A DNA stretch of 62,734 nt, filler included, from Dugesia japonica (Eukaryota), in NCBI GenBank assembly GCA_001938525.1. It is 5 parts of 5 records of this genome, joined end to end, with 100 filler letters (N's around TTAATTAATTAA, not from the genome) between each part and the next. Parts side by side here need not be neighbours in the genome. Positions count along the whole stretch, not along the records: positions 35,632 to 53,822 come from MQRL01625516.1; 4 more parts are not named here. The stretch is one strand, 5' to 3'. This document shows, piece by piece, positions 36,458 to 49,360 of the stretch; position 1 is the stretch's first letter; each line of letters begins with the position of its first letter. The position numbers and the translations under genes were made by a program. Under the pieces are notes generated by a model that made no database searches, had not been told where the DNA came from, and saw only the letters and a list, made by a program, of their open reading frames with translations.

Positions 36458-38569
36458 CTATCTATACAAAACATTTCGAGTATTAGAATATTACGAACGT
36501 TTAATCATTATTAGTATATTAATCAATCTCAACCACTTCTTATATAACAATATTCATTTAATAAAGAATTTAATTAACCAAGTTACTATTTCAGATCACT
36601 GATCATTCGTCATGAGTAGAAGGAGTTAGATCTTCTTCGTGAAACTTTTATAATTTAGCATAAGCTACATAAATTCATAAATCTGTGGTCAATTGAGGTT
36701 TCGTATTTGTCATAATCCGTATTAATCTTTATTTATTAGGTGCCACCACTTGAAAATCTATCCCCTTCATCATAACGAACGGTCCTTTTGCATTATCATA
36801 TTAAAATTTCAATTATGGAAGCATCAAATTATATTTTATAATAATTTATGTATAAACGATAATATGAAACAAAAGCATGATTAAAATAATAAAGTTCATA
36901 GATAATCAACTTAATATTTTTATTGCAGGTACAACCGCAATATCAATGTACAAAAATTAAATATCTGAATAACCATCAGATAGAATTCAACCACCACATA
37001 TCAGTAAATAGAGACATATTTATTTCTAGAATTCAACAACCCAATTCGTATNNNNNNNNNNNNNNNNNNNNNNNNNNNNNNNNNNNNNNNNNNNNNNNNN
37101 NNNNNNNNNNNNNNNNNNNNNNNNNNNNNNNNNNNNNNNNNNNNNNNNNNNNNNNNNNNNNNNNNNNNNNNNNNNNNNNNNNNNNNNAACCACTCTCATA
37201 TCCTAATATCATCTCATAATATAGTAACATCTTTCATGACTCTCATAATATAAAAACATCTTGAATGACTCTCATAATATAATGGTGGATAATCTCATAT
37301 TAATTCGGATCTCTGAGCACTGATGTCCATCGTTTCCAGCGCTGCCAGTCAACGATAAACATNNNCCCAGTCTTCCGATCATATAATTTAAATAATTAAA
37401 TAAAAATAAAAATTACTGTTCGTTTGATGAGAGTTCTTTGAAATGCAATATAAATACTACTGGTAACTTTTAACAATAAGATAGAGTAACAAATTTTAAG
37501 AGATTTATGAGATCTTTTTGTGTAAATTGTATCTCCTTTTATATCAAAATTTATCGTCATATTTTGACAGGTGGTATAGGTACCCACTTCAATTTTTCTA
37601 CAAATCTACTNAATCGTGNGATGCTCACTCGCAGATTCGTTCATAATGTCTAAATTTGGTCATGTTTTTATTTGCATTTAGATGTTCATCTTTTATCTGT
37701 AATAATTTCAATAAGCATATGAGTACCGGTGCTTATTCGGCATCATAGATTTTACAGTGTTTCTCGGTGTTCACCCGATAATTGGAGTTAGGACATCATA
37801 ACGAGACTCAGAAAAANNNNNNNNNNNNNNNNNNNNNNNNNNNNNNNNNNNNNNNNNNNNNNNNNNNNNNNNNNNNNNNNNNNNNNNNNNNNNNNNNNNN
37901 NNNNNNNNNNNNNNNNNNNNNNNNNNNNNNNNNNNAATAACCAATGAAAGGAATGGGGCTGTGAAGAGAAACCGGTATAAATACCGATGAAAATTTCACA
38001 AAAATATCAGTCTTTTTAATCTTTTATCGAAAATCCTACAGTTAGACGTAGAATTTTTCAAATATTCACAGAAGGTTACTATTTTGTACTAATTGATTAC
38101 AGTTGCAGCGATTTCCGACTTGATGAATTAAAGAAGTTATGAAATCAAAAATAATTGGCTTCGTTATGCAGATGTGGATCCGAAGTTAATGATTAAGTGG
38201 TATACAATGGGTGATCACGTTAAATCTAATAGCTCTTATGTGCTTGCTCCAGATCGGGATTGCAGTCTACGTTAGTTTTATTGATTGTCCTAATTATTAA
38301 ATAGATGTAAAACAAGTGAAAGTTTTGATAATTGATTATACTATTCACTTGTTAAATTCGTTTGTCCTTTACAACTGTAAAACATAAGGTATGGAATTTT
38401 AAACTAAAAGTTATAACGAATCAAACTCAGTTAAATATGCATGACCATGAATTAGAAGACATTATAACTGATAAAATCAAATCTAATAAACGATTTATAA
38501 CCTGAAATCCAATAAATTAAGGATTGATAAGTAGCAAGTATGATTCGAAAATCGAGCAAGTATTATGAA

Positions 38570-38738
38570 GTATAAACCCAAACCAAAGAAATGCGAGTCT
38601 GTACTCGGATTCCGAGTCAACGGCTCCGTTCCGAAGATCTGGATTTTTAGGGACGCCAGATTAAATTCTTCACGGGGTTTTACTAGGCCCTAGACTAAAT
38701 TTTCCAAAAGATTAACCCACCTAGATAAAACCCCAACA
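38570..38738 (+). mobile_element. Copy E: 3' terminal block of the orphan repeat family, ending CCCCAACA
   Basis: AACCCAAACCAAAGAAAT..GAGTCA..GGCTCC..CCGAA..AGATTAA.TTCTT is shared with 26200-26368. Confidence 0.7.
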
Positions 38739-38739
38739 A

Positions 38740-39952
38740 TACTATAATAATAATTTTAATAATATTTATCGTAAAATAATAATAATTTCGATAGTTTGTT
38801 TCTATAATGTACATAGGGATTATACACGAATAAATGTAATTAATTTAACATTCTTACAAAATCTGAAATTAACTTTTTATTACCTTTTATTACATATAAT
38901 TCTGATTTCTTAATTCTAATTCCTTCTTCATAATTAATAATATTTAACTAAAATAATAATAATATTATGTTCTACTTATTTAAATATTTTATTATAATAG
39001 TATGATTTTTCCTAACGGCCTAATAATAATTTCTTTAATGTTTTTAACTATAATAATAATACCGATCTATTTCATATATCTTTTCTATAATGATTCCAAT
39101 TAATTTTAATAAAATCTTTTATTAACATACTTTTGTTTTAATCCTACTTTCTTACATTAACTATTTTATTATATTCTAAATATCCTTTTTAATATATTTA
39201 TACTGTTATAACATAAATATAATTATAAATAATAATATATCAGAAATTCTAATTTCGATTTCATTTATTATTTCTTCTTTACTATTTCCTGACCTAATTC
39301 ATACTTTTAATTTTGGTTTATTCGAGTTTCTTTTTATTTTCGTGAGCTATATTTATATTATTTGAGCTTTTCTGCTTTTAGTTTATTGATTATTATTTCT
39401 TTGAGCATTTTATATTAAATTATATTCCTTTAATATTTCTGGTATAAAGTATTCATTAATTAATAATTGAATTATTATTCTTTTTCATTTCATGATCTCC
39501 ATTTGTTATTTAATTATTGTTCTTTTCCTTTCTAAATTTATCATTTGAGCTTTTTGGTTTATCATCTTCTTGAACACTATCTGATTTCAATTATTAATTT
39601 CTTCTTTTATTATATTTTAATTTAATGATCACTGGTTTCTGTGTTTATTTAATTTTCTCAATAATTAAATCGAAAATTTATGCAATAATTCGACTTTTGA
39701 GTTTATTCCGATGATTCCGGTTTATATGTTTCTTGTATTCTGATTATTATTTTCTATTCATTTCTCTCATTGTTATTAATTTAATTACTCAATTAATTTA
39801 TCGATTTATTGAAGCCGTTATTTTATTTTATTCGTTATCATCGCTTTTCGCTTTTCTATTCCTTTTATTACTTCATATCATTGTCTCTTCTTTTCCCTAG
39901 TTTATTTTTGTCTAAATATTTATTTTATTAACTGGCCTGTTTCAGACCAACA
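38740..39952 (-). mobile_element. A-rich repeat beginning TGTTGGTCTGAAACAGGCC (same type as 23950-24751)
   Basis: Shared terminus and base composition. Confidence 0.5.
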
Positions 39953-39999
39953 ATTTTATTAAATATATTAATATTTATTAATGGTGAAATAAATTGTGA

Positions 40000-42900
40000 A
40001 TATGTTTGAAATGAATAGTTCTGATTTAGAAAATATATTATCTTTAGAAGATTTATCTAGCATATGTGTCAGCAGTAAATATCGATTCAATTGCAGACAT
40101 TTTATTACTAAATCTGTTTAGTGGAGAAGATTAAATTGAAATATTCATAAAGCATTGTGAATTGTATTTTGATGCTAAACGCACTACACAGATGAAACAA
40201 CATGAAAGATTTCTTGTTTGTTACATGACGATTTGCTGGAAGAATATGAAAAGACGTTGAAAAACGTTTTAGGGTTTCAGACTCGTTTAAGTTTGGCATT
40301 TGAAAAAGAGAAAGATGTTATCAAAGATTTTCAAAATTTGATTAACTACAGGCTTGAAAATGAAGAGATTCAAGTTTATTTTAAAAATGTAAAAGATTTA
40401 GTAAAAAGATGATTGACAAATAAAGATTTTACTGTTGAAAAAAATGGTAGCAAAGATGATAATATTTTTCAGATAACAAAAACGTTGAAGAAGAGGTGAC
40501 TTTGTGGAACCGACAGAATATAGAAGAAATTAAAGAAACAATGACGTTAGTAGATCAAATGGCGAAAAGAAGAGATCAAGTTGATGCAGTTATAAGTTGC
40601 GCTAGATTTAAAAGTTGAAATTATCAAAAACATATAAATCATACAGTGAGTAAACATGTGAATCAAAAGAAGGAAAACGAAATATCTAATGTTAGTTATG
40701 TCTTAAGATTTGTCATGCTAAGACAAGTTGTCCGACGCAAAAAGTGGTAGGGTGTTGGACTTGTCATAACAAAGAACATATATGTCGAGTTTATCAAGAT
40801 AAAAAACCAACAAAATGCTTTGGCTGTGGAAAGTTAGGCCACATTAGAAGGTAATGTCAAGAAGTGAGTTATAAACGATTTAGAAATTTTGGGTTTATAG
40901 CAGAAGAGTGCTACACGAATTGGAAAATGAAAAGAACTATTAAGAAATTTGTGACTGCTGGAAACCCAGGAAACCGGTATGACCAAATACATTCGATTGC
41001 AGAAGAACAAGTCAATACAAACGATGGATACAATGAAGTATATGAAAGTGATTTAAAATGGCAGCACCCAAAAGACAGTGCTCCACCAGTAAAAGAGTTG
41101 GCTGAAGCCATTCATTCTTTTAAAAAGTGATTGATTATCCTCAAAAATCAAAAAGTGAAATGATATCGGGAAAATTACAGAAAAAGTAGACAGGTTCTTG
41201 AAGAGGGAAAATTTTGAGGATGATAGAAAGATAAAATGGATTGGAACAATTGAAGCAGAACATAGAACAAATATTTCGTACCATAAATTGCAAGGCAGAC
41301 CAAGTGTTACGGTATGAATTTAAGAAAATAAAGTTGAATGTCTTTTAGATACAGTGGCTCGAATTTTAACGTAATGAGTTTGAGTTGTTTTAATAAATTA
41401 CGAAACTACATTTAAAAATGAGGTATGAAAGACTGCATTGTTCAAACGATAGTACACTGAAAGTTGTTTGGTAAATTAAAACTGTAGTGACAATTGATGA
41501 AGTTTGCAAAGAAATTACCTTCTTAATTGCAGAAAGAATGACACCAGATCAGATTGTAGGAATAGATATGCAGAAGATCTTTAGATACCAGCTTGTTGAA
41601 AGAAAAACTAATGAAAAGGTTAAAAAATTATATTTGTAATATTGAAGCAAAATTTAAGGATCAAATTAAAAAGAAGAGCGATTGACAAGACTCTGAATAT
41701 TAAAGACGATGAACGGTTATTGAACATAGTTGGAAATTAATAAGATGTTTTCATTGTAGATAAATGTGATGTAGAACGCACACATTCTAGAAAAACACAA
41801 AATAATTACAAGTGGTGAACAAATCAATGTAAAGCCGTACTTAGAAGTTAAAATTGAAGAAAAAAAACATTTTTGAAAATAATATTATCCGGATATGCAA
41901 CTCTCCACTGATTTGTGTTTAAAAAAAGGAAAAGAAAGATAAAAGAATATGTTTGGATTTCAGACAACTGAATGCTGTAACGAAAATACAAGCCTTTCCG
42001 ATGCCTAACATCGATGAAATGCTGGAAAAATTTGATGGAGCAAAGTTTTTCAGTTCAATAGAATTGGGAATTGCATACTATCAAGTAGATCTCGAAGAAG
42101 AATCTCAAGAAAAATGGCGTTTCAACGAAGCACAGACAATATTGTTTTAATAGAATGCTATTTGGTATCGCAGCGGCACCAGGTACATTTCAGGAGATAA
42201 TGACAAAAGTGATAGGCGGGATAATTGGAGCCATAGTTTATCTTGAAGACATTTTGATATTTACGAACAATAACGATCAACACTGTGAAGTAAATGACAG
42301 AGTATTGATGGAAAAAATTAAGTCTGGTTTATGAATTAATCCAGAAAAGTGTCAGTTTTTTCAAGTCAAAATTAAATTTCATGGTCAAATTTTTAGTAAG
42401 GATGGTTTTAGAGCTGATCCGTCTAAAATAGAAGCAATAAGAACATTTGGCAACCTTAACTGCGTCAAGAAGTTTCTTATAAATCTGTAATTAGTGCAAG
42501 ACGTTTATAGAAAATTACGCAAGAAAATCAAGGATCATAGAACAGTTGTGTAGTGGACCAAGCAACAAGAAGTTAGAATGGATAGTTGAAATAAACTATA
42601 CTTTCGAGGGTCTGAAGAAAGCTCTAATGACTGCACCAATATTGTGTTTTTCAGACATAAANAAAGACTTTATATTAGACCCGGACTCCAGATTCAATAC
42701 AATTTGAGCAGTATTGTCACAGTGAGATAAAGTGGTAAGAGAAAGAGTTGTTGTTTATGGATCATATTCAATGAAAAGTCATGAGAACGGATATTGGATC
42801 ATACGAAAAGAGTTATTGGCTGTTTATTATTTCGGCATGCATTTCAAACATTACTTGTACGGTAGAAGATTTATTCTTAGGACAAGTCATAAAGTTCTAA

Positions 42901-43160
42901 CTTTTATGATGACAACAGAGAATCCAATTACGTCACTATAATTAACATGTCTAGACCAAGATGCGAGGTATGTGCACAATTTCAAATGTCACATGAAGAT
43001 GTTAAGATATGGAANATTAAAACAAGAGTACTGAACACAATCGAAAAGGAAAAAGAAGAGCAATTAAACATTTCTGAAGAAAAAAATACGAAAATTCTGG
43101 ATGACAAAATACATGAGACAATAGAATAAATACAAAAATTATTATGTCAATCTGGAACGT
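40000..43160 (+). mobile_element. Degenerate Ty3/gypsy G4, same family as G1
   Basis: Gag (IKDFQNLINY...IQVYFKNVKDLVK) is nearly identical to G1; LLDTVA protease site; DFRQLN; VYLEDILIF; RKELLAV. Confidence 0.92.
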
Positions 43161-44950
43161 GGTGCATCGCTATGATTGATATTTTTTTACGAAAATATCT
43201 GAATCATTTACGGCTCGTAGAATCATCAACAGCACTATCACCGTACACGGAGAATATTTTTTATGGGTCTGAGATGCATTTTTGTCCTCCTAAAAATTTT
43301 AAAGCATGGTGCACCTAAAATGTTCTTTACTATATTTTTCTTTAAATGTAAACCAATTTGNNNNNNNNNNNNNNNNNNNNNNNNNNNNNNNNNNNNNNNN
43401 NNNNNNNNNNNNNNNNTTAAAACATGTGCTAACGTTCAGTATTTTCAATTAATAAATATTTTAATAATTTCAATTAAATAAAATATTTGTAAAAAAAAAC
43501 TAGACAAACTTATGCAGACACCTAAAATTTTACAAATATAAGTTGAAGGTTTTTATATCCAAATTGTGGGATGATAAATCTTCCCAGGCTCAGTATAAAT
43601 GTTAATAAAGTAATATCAAGTAACAATCTAACGAATTAACAAGCCAAAATCCATTTAAGCTAAAAATTTCAAATCAAAAGTATTAAAATTTTTTATCATT
43701 TTAAATTTCTTAATATTTATTTATAATCAAATGAAAATATCGTAATATTTGTTTTTGTCAAAACTCTGCAATAAACTACTACAATTTATTTCAACATTTT
43801 AAACAAAGTAAAGTCAAGAAAAATCTTTCGATTATCTATTATAAATATTTTTTCTTTTTTATTAATAAATTATATATCTAAAGCTTTTATATTAAATGAA
43901 ATTATATCTAAAATTATAAAAAATAATTAAACGTAGCCATCATAAAATCAATTTCATTTTTGGTTTAAAATTGATTGAAAATTGAATGAAAAAGAATGTT
44001 TAAAAAACTTTAATGAATAAACTTATGAGCCTTATTTTATATTTTTACACTTGGTTATTAGAAACAATAACTGATTTATTAAATTTTGCAGATTTGAGAT
44101 CATAATGGATATTCACGTAACGAATCATTAAGAATTCACTCAACTGGAATTGTATTTCAACTGAATTGAGTGTGATTGGTTGTTTGTGCAGGTTGTCAAG
44201 TGTCTGTCAAGTCTAGCTTCAAAAAAGAAAATATTGATCAATCAAGATTATCAAAGAAAACAATCATTTTAAAATTTACCAATAGTAAGACTGACAGATT
44301 GTATTGAATAAATTTGGTTTTATTTTTTATAAATCATTAAATATTAATTTCAAAACAAAAATGATAAATAAAAATAAACTATTAAACGGTTATCAACAAG
44401 TTCTCAAATTTAAAATTATCCAATAAATCTTAAAGGTAGTTTTTAAAGAAACATATTTTATTTTAATTATCATAAATTTAAGTTTGTTGGTTAATGAGAA
44501 AAAGTATTTTAGAAGTATTTTTAGAACTAGAGAATTTTTCAAATTATTATAGATTTTATGATAAGTTAAAAAAAATTGAAGTATTAATAATTTTTTACAA
44601 TTGCAATTATTGCGAGAATAATTGTTGGACATAACCATTGATTGTTTTATAGAATTCATTNNNNNNNNNNNNNNNNNNNNNNNNNNNNNNNNNNNNNNNN
44701 NNNNNNNNNNCGAATTGTTATCCAATATCAATAAAAAAACCAAAATTTTGATCAAAGCTTTTATATTAAATGAATTCTATTAATAATTTGTTTAAGTCTT
44801 TTTTTACAAAGAAACAAAATAAAAATTTTAAAAACTGTAAAAGCTTAGAAAATTTTTAAAATAAAACCAAAATGTTAAGTTTGTTTAAAGAATATCAAAT
44901 AAAACTTGATTTGTTTTTTATTATTATTTTGAATTAGAATAAATTTTAAA

Positions 44951-45207
44951 ATGGATTTACTTAATGATTATGATTTTAATACTCAAACGCTGGAAACCGT
45001 TTCCCTTAACAATAAGAATGTGCCTATTAGGGTAAACATTTAGCTATTTCCTTGAATTGAAATCATATTATAAAGACCATTAAGGGTGATAGCAACGCCA
45101 GAGTTTTGCGATGTTTAATAATTCCCGGTGGAATGATAGAAAATTTAACAAAATCTTATTGGTTGCATTATAACTATGTGGTTTATGATCAGCAAGCCGC
45201 TCCGTGA
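44951..45207 (+). CDS. Possible 2-exon small ORF (44951-45031, 45076-45207), 70 aa, unknown product
   Basis: ATG, a 44-nt GT-AG intron and an in-frame second exon; no recognised motif. Confidence 0.3.
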
Positions 45208-47139
45208 TCAAAGAATGTCGTAGAAAAAAATATATTTGCAAATGTCTGTTTAACATTTTGACACAATCTTCTTATGTACCCCTCAGATATCCGGAAAACT
45301 TAAATTGAGAGTCATTGTTTTCAAATTTTCAAAGAGGGCCGGCAACCTACGAAGGGTGTATGTCTGCATCTCTAGGGGGTTACAAAATTCTTGATTGTGG
45401 TTGGCAAACTGAACGATTGAATTTTAATTTTTTCTTAAAAACCTTAATTTAAATTTTTCGTAAAAATTAAATAAGTTAAGAGTTTTTATTAAAAAAAATT
45501 TTTGAAAAAATATTCAACATAATTGTTTTAATCTTTGTTTATATACAAGTAAACATGGAGTTATTAAAACGATTTAAAATTATTTTGATAATTCGGTTAA
45601 GTTTTTATTGTACATAAATTTTAATAATTGATTTGTTCAAAGGTAATATATATTAAATTAAAATTTATTTTATAATTACAAAAAAAATAGCAAATATTAT
45701 TTTAATTAAATAAAAAACAATCTTTCAAAAAAAATTACTTATTTTAGATATTGTAATTTTAAATATTAATGTAAATAGAAATTACCATTTTTGGTAAATA
45801 ACAATGCATAAAACCTATGCATAATTTTTATGCAAATTTTTTGTCATCACAAAAATTGATGCATAATTTTATGCAAATTTACCATTTTCAAAAATGGTAT
45901 AAATACTGATTTCAAAATCAGTCAAAATTAACACAAAAAAAATTAGAAAAATTTGTAAAGCTAAATAGCAGTTTTGATTTCTACACAAATATTTTTGGCT
46001 AATTAATAGCAGTGATATTAAAAAAGTTTCTAAAGCTAAAATTTAGGTAAATTTTAATTTTTATTAAGTTAAATCAGTAATTGATTATTATTATTTCAAA
46101 CTAAATATTTAAGTAATAACACAGTGGTTTAAACACTAATTTATAACTTGTTTAGTTGTTACAAAATATCGCCCCAAATTACTCTTGTATCTATTACGTG
46201 TGGTGAGGAAATTTAGTCCAACCATTCATTTCGTAATAGGACGGTATTGTAATACCGGTATTTATCTTTCTATTAAAATCACTATAGAGTGGTTTTCGCT
46301 TTTCCTAAAATTAATCAACCCTTGTGAAAATTGTAATTTTTATTTGAAAATTATATTTGATTATTTTAATAAAGTTTATAAAATATAAAATCGTTCTCTT
46401 AGTTATTTATTGTTATTATTATATCAAATTATCTATATTCAATTAATATATCTACACGCATATTTTTAAAGCAAAATTTGGAGTCAGAAAATAAATTGTT
46501 ATTTCTACCTACGAGATCTAACAATATCTATATTAACATATTTATTATCCAGAATAGGGATTAATATAATCTAAAAACTGTTTTTATTATAATGAATAAA
46601 TTGTGCGGAAAATCATGGACCCTAATGATAATGCTTCAAATGTTCAAGTTTTGTTCGGTTTCAAGGTACAAATTTAATTTAAAATTTTCTTAATTAATTT
46701 CTAAAATTTTGATCCAAAAAATTCATTTCAATTTCATAATCTTTTTCAGTCTTTCTCAAAAATTATCCAAAATATGTTTTTCAAGATTATTTTAATTTAC
46801 TAAATTTCTTTAAAAAACCAAAGCTATCACTTTTAACATAAAAAATTATGTCTTCGAAATCTCTTTAAAATTTTGCTAGAAATTTCTTAAAAATTTTTCA
46901 TTAAAATTTCTTGTTTTTTTTAAAATTTCTTTTTATTTATTTAAGATTTTTTCTGGGGTCTTGACCAATTTATAAATGATCTTAACAACCGTAATTATTT
47001 AATTAAGCAAATCTTCTGAGCTTTTCTTACATCATTTCGCTTGTTTTATCATATATTTTAATTTTTGCTATCATTCTCTCATTAAACTTTAAAATTTTTC
47101 CAACTTCTCGTCGTGTAGTTAGCTTTTAAATTTTAATAC

Positions 47140-49360
47140 TAAGCCTGCCTTGCGTGGTCGAATGACCATTTTTCAATTTTTTTTAGAATTTCTTTATAAA
47201 AACGTTACTGTATCGCAATGTAAATTATTGACTTTTCTTATACGTACAACCCATTTTTTATTATTTAAAATTTTTCTTATTGTTTAATTTCTAAAACAAT
47301 TTAGACTGTCTAACCTATCACGAGCGGTTATTTGACAGTTTTAACAATTCATGTTATTTTCGATTATATTCTCTGGAAAACTCATTGCTGGAATTATTTT
47401 TGTTAGAGTTAAACATAACTATATTTTTTAAGCGTGAAAGATTAAATTGATTAATAAATCAGATCAATTATTAATCATACATTTTAGTTTTTACTTTATA
47501 ATGTGTGTAATCATCCCAAAAAATGTCAAGACATTCGAGGAAAATCAATTTATTAGACAAAATAAACAATAACGACGAGAATTGTTCGGAAGATGGCCAG
47601 GTTATTTCTGATATTGATAGTAATATAGTGGGAAATTATTGTGATATATTTGGCAGCGATACGAACGAAGTGAATATTTTGAATAGGGCAAAAAAGAAAG
47701 ATTTATAATTAATTCCAAAAGTGAAAATGAAGAAGATATTGAAACTGCTACAGGCGGAACTGTTTGGAAAAAATACAAGAAGTGTTTAATCGCGGAAGAC
47801 CATAGATTTATAATATTTTCAAAGAAATATCGGGAAGGACAGGCTATACTAAATGAAATATTATGAAAGGTAGAGTTAGGTCGGCATTGTACATGATTAT
47901 TGATAAGAACACAATTGAGCAAGTAATATAATACACGGAATTAGAGGCATTCCAAGAGTTGCAAACGATATGGGATATATATTGCCAAATTATATGCATT
48001 TTTTGAGCTTGTATTTGCACGCGGTGCATATGAGGCTAAATATATGAATATAGCATATTTATGGAAATGTAAATTGGGTCCGCCATATTTATCGAAAAGC
48101 TTGAACAGAAATAACTGAAGACAGCGCTTTCAAAACGATAAATTCGCTTTGATCTCTGAAGTTTAGTACAAGTTTATTGAGAACAGTCAAAACTGTTATA
48201 AACCAGAAACATCTTTCTATAGATGTACAATTGTTTCTATTAGTTAAATTGGGAACTTCACAATTTTCCATAAGTTTTATTTATTATCACAATTGTTTTA
48301 TTAAAGTTAAAAAGATACAAGAATAATCCATCATATTTAAACAAATAATATATATCAGAGAATTTAAAGTTTTATATTTAAAAATATCTATTTTCAAAAA
48401 TATACACGATAATTTTTTTTATTAATCTTTCAAGTAATTTTAAAATTTTTCAAAATCATTTTCCAATTAATTTTTACTATTTTCAAAAGATCGATAATAT
48501 AAATATTTTTAAAAATAATTCTATAATATATAAGATATTTAAACCAATTTTTAAAAACTTTCGACTTCTATTTTTCAAATCTTTTATATACTTTGTTTTT
48601 AATATAAAATATATAAAATATTTCAATAATTAATTTTAATATAATACATCAAATAATTTAATTAAAAAATTCTCAAGATATGAATAATTTATGAATAACT
48701 CTTACAGTTTCCAACGAAGGCACGTTATAAATTTACTCAGTACATGTCCAACAAACCGGACAAATTAATCATAATATTCTGGTTGGTAAGTATATTTTAG
48801 ATGACTTCCCATATTTAGGAAACGATGAAAGGAGAGAACCTACGGTCCCACTGGAGGAGTTTGCAACTTTGAAATTAGCTGAATCATTTACGGGCTTTGG
48901 GAGGAATATAAAAGCTGGTACTTTTTTATTAGCATCTCATTAGCGAGTAAACGTTTAGTAAAAAAGACAACACTTATTGGCACCGTTCTGGAAAATTGAA
49001 GAGAGCTACCAAAATTAGCAAAACAGACAAAAGATAGTATGAATAGTTTTTCAAAGTAATATATGAATCAAACCAACTTACGTTTGGGTTTACGGATTAC
49101 GAAATTGTGAGACAAAACTTTTATTTTAATTGGCAAAAGAATTTGGAACCGAATATCAGAAATAGAAACAGTTAAACAAATAATGCTCATCTAAAACAAC
49201 AACCATAGATTCATCTGGACAAAAGCTTGTCAAATAAGATATTGTAAAATCAATAAGACTAACACGATGTGTATAAAATGTAAAAAACACATGTAGTAAA
49301 TATGCCAAAAAAAATCCTGTAATTTGTAAAAAATGCGCTGAAAACGTTTAAAAATAAAAC
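47140..49360 (+). mobile_element. Degraded piggyBac (PGBD-like) transposon interrupted by a solo LTR
   Basis: CYKPETSFXIDVQLF|PTKARYKFTQYMSNKPDK; FPYLG; GRNI; TTLIGTV; C-terminal Cys cluster CQIRYC...MCIKCKKH; TTAA near the left end. Confidence 0.85.
48238..48706 (-). mobile_element. 469-bp solo LTR related to the G2 family, with 5-bp target-site duplication GTTTC
   Basis: GTTTC at 48233-48237 and 48707-48711. The ends match about 10708-10765 and about 12660-12707. Removing it restores the piggyBac motif QLFPTKAR. Confidence 0.8.
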
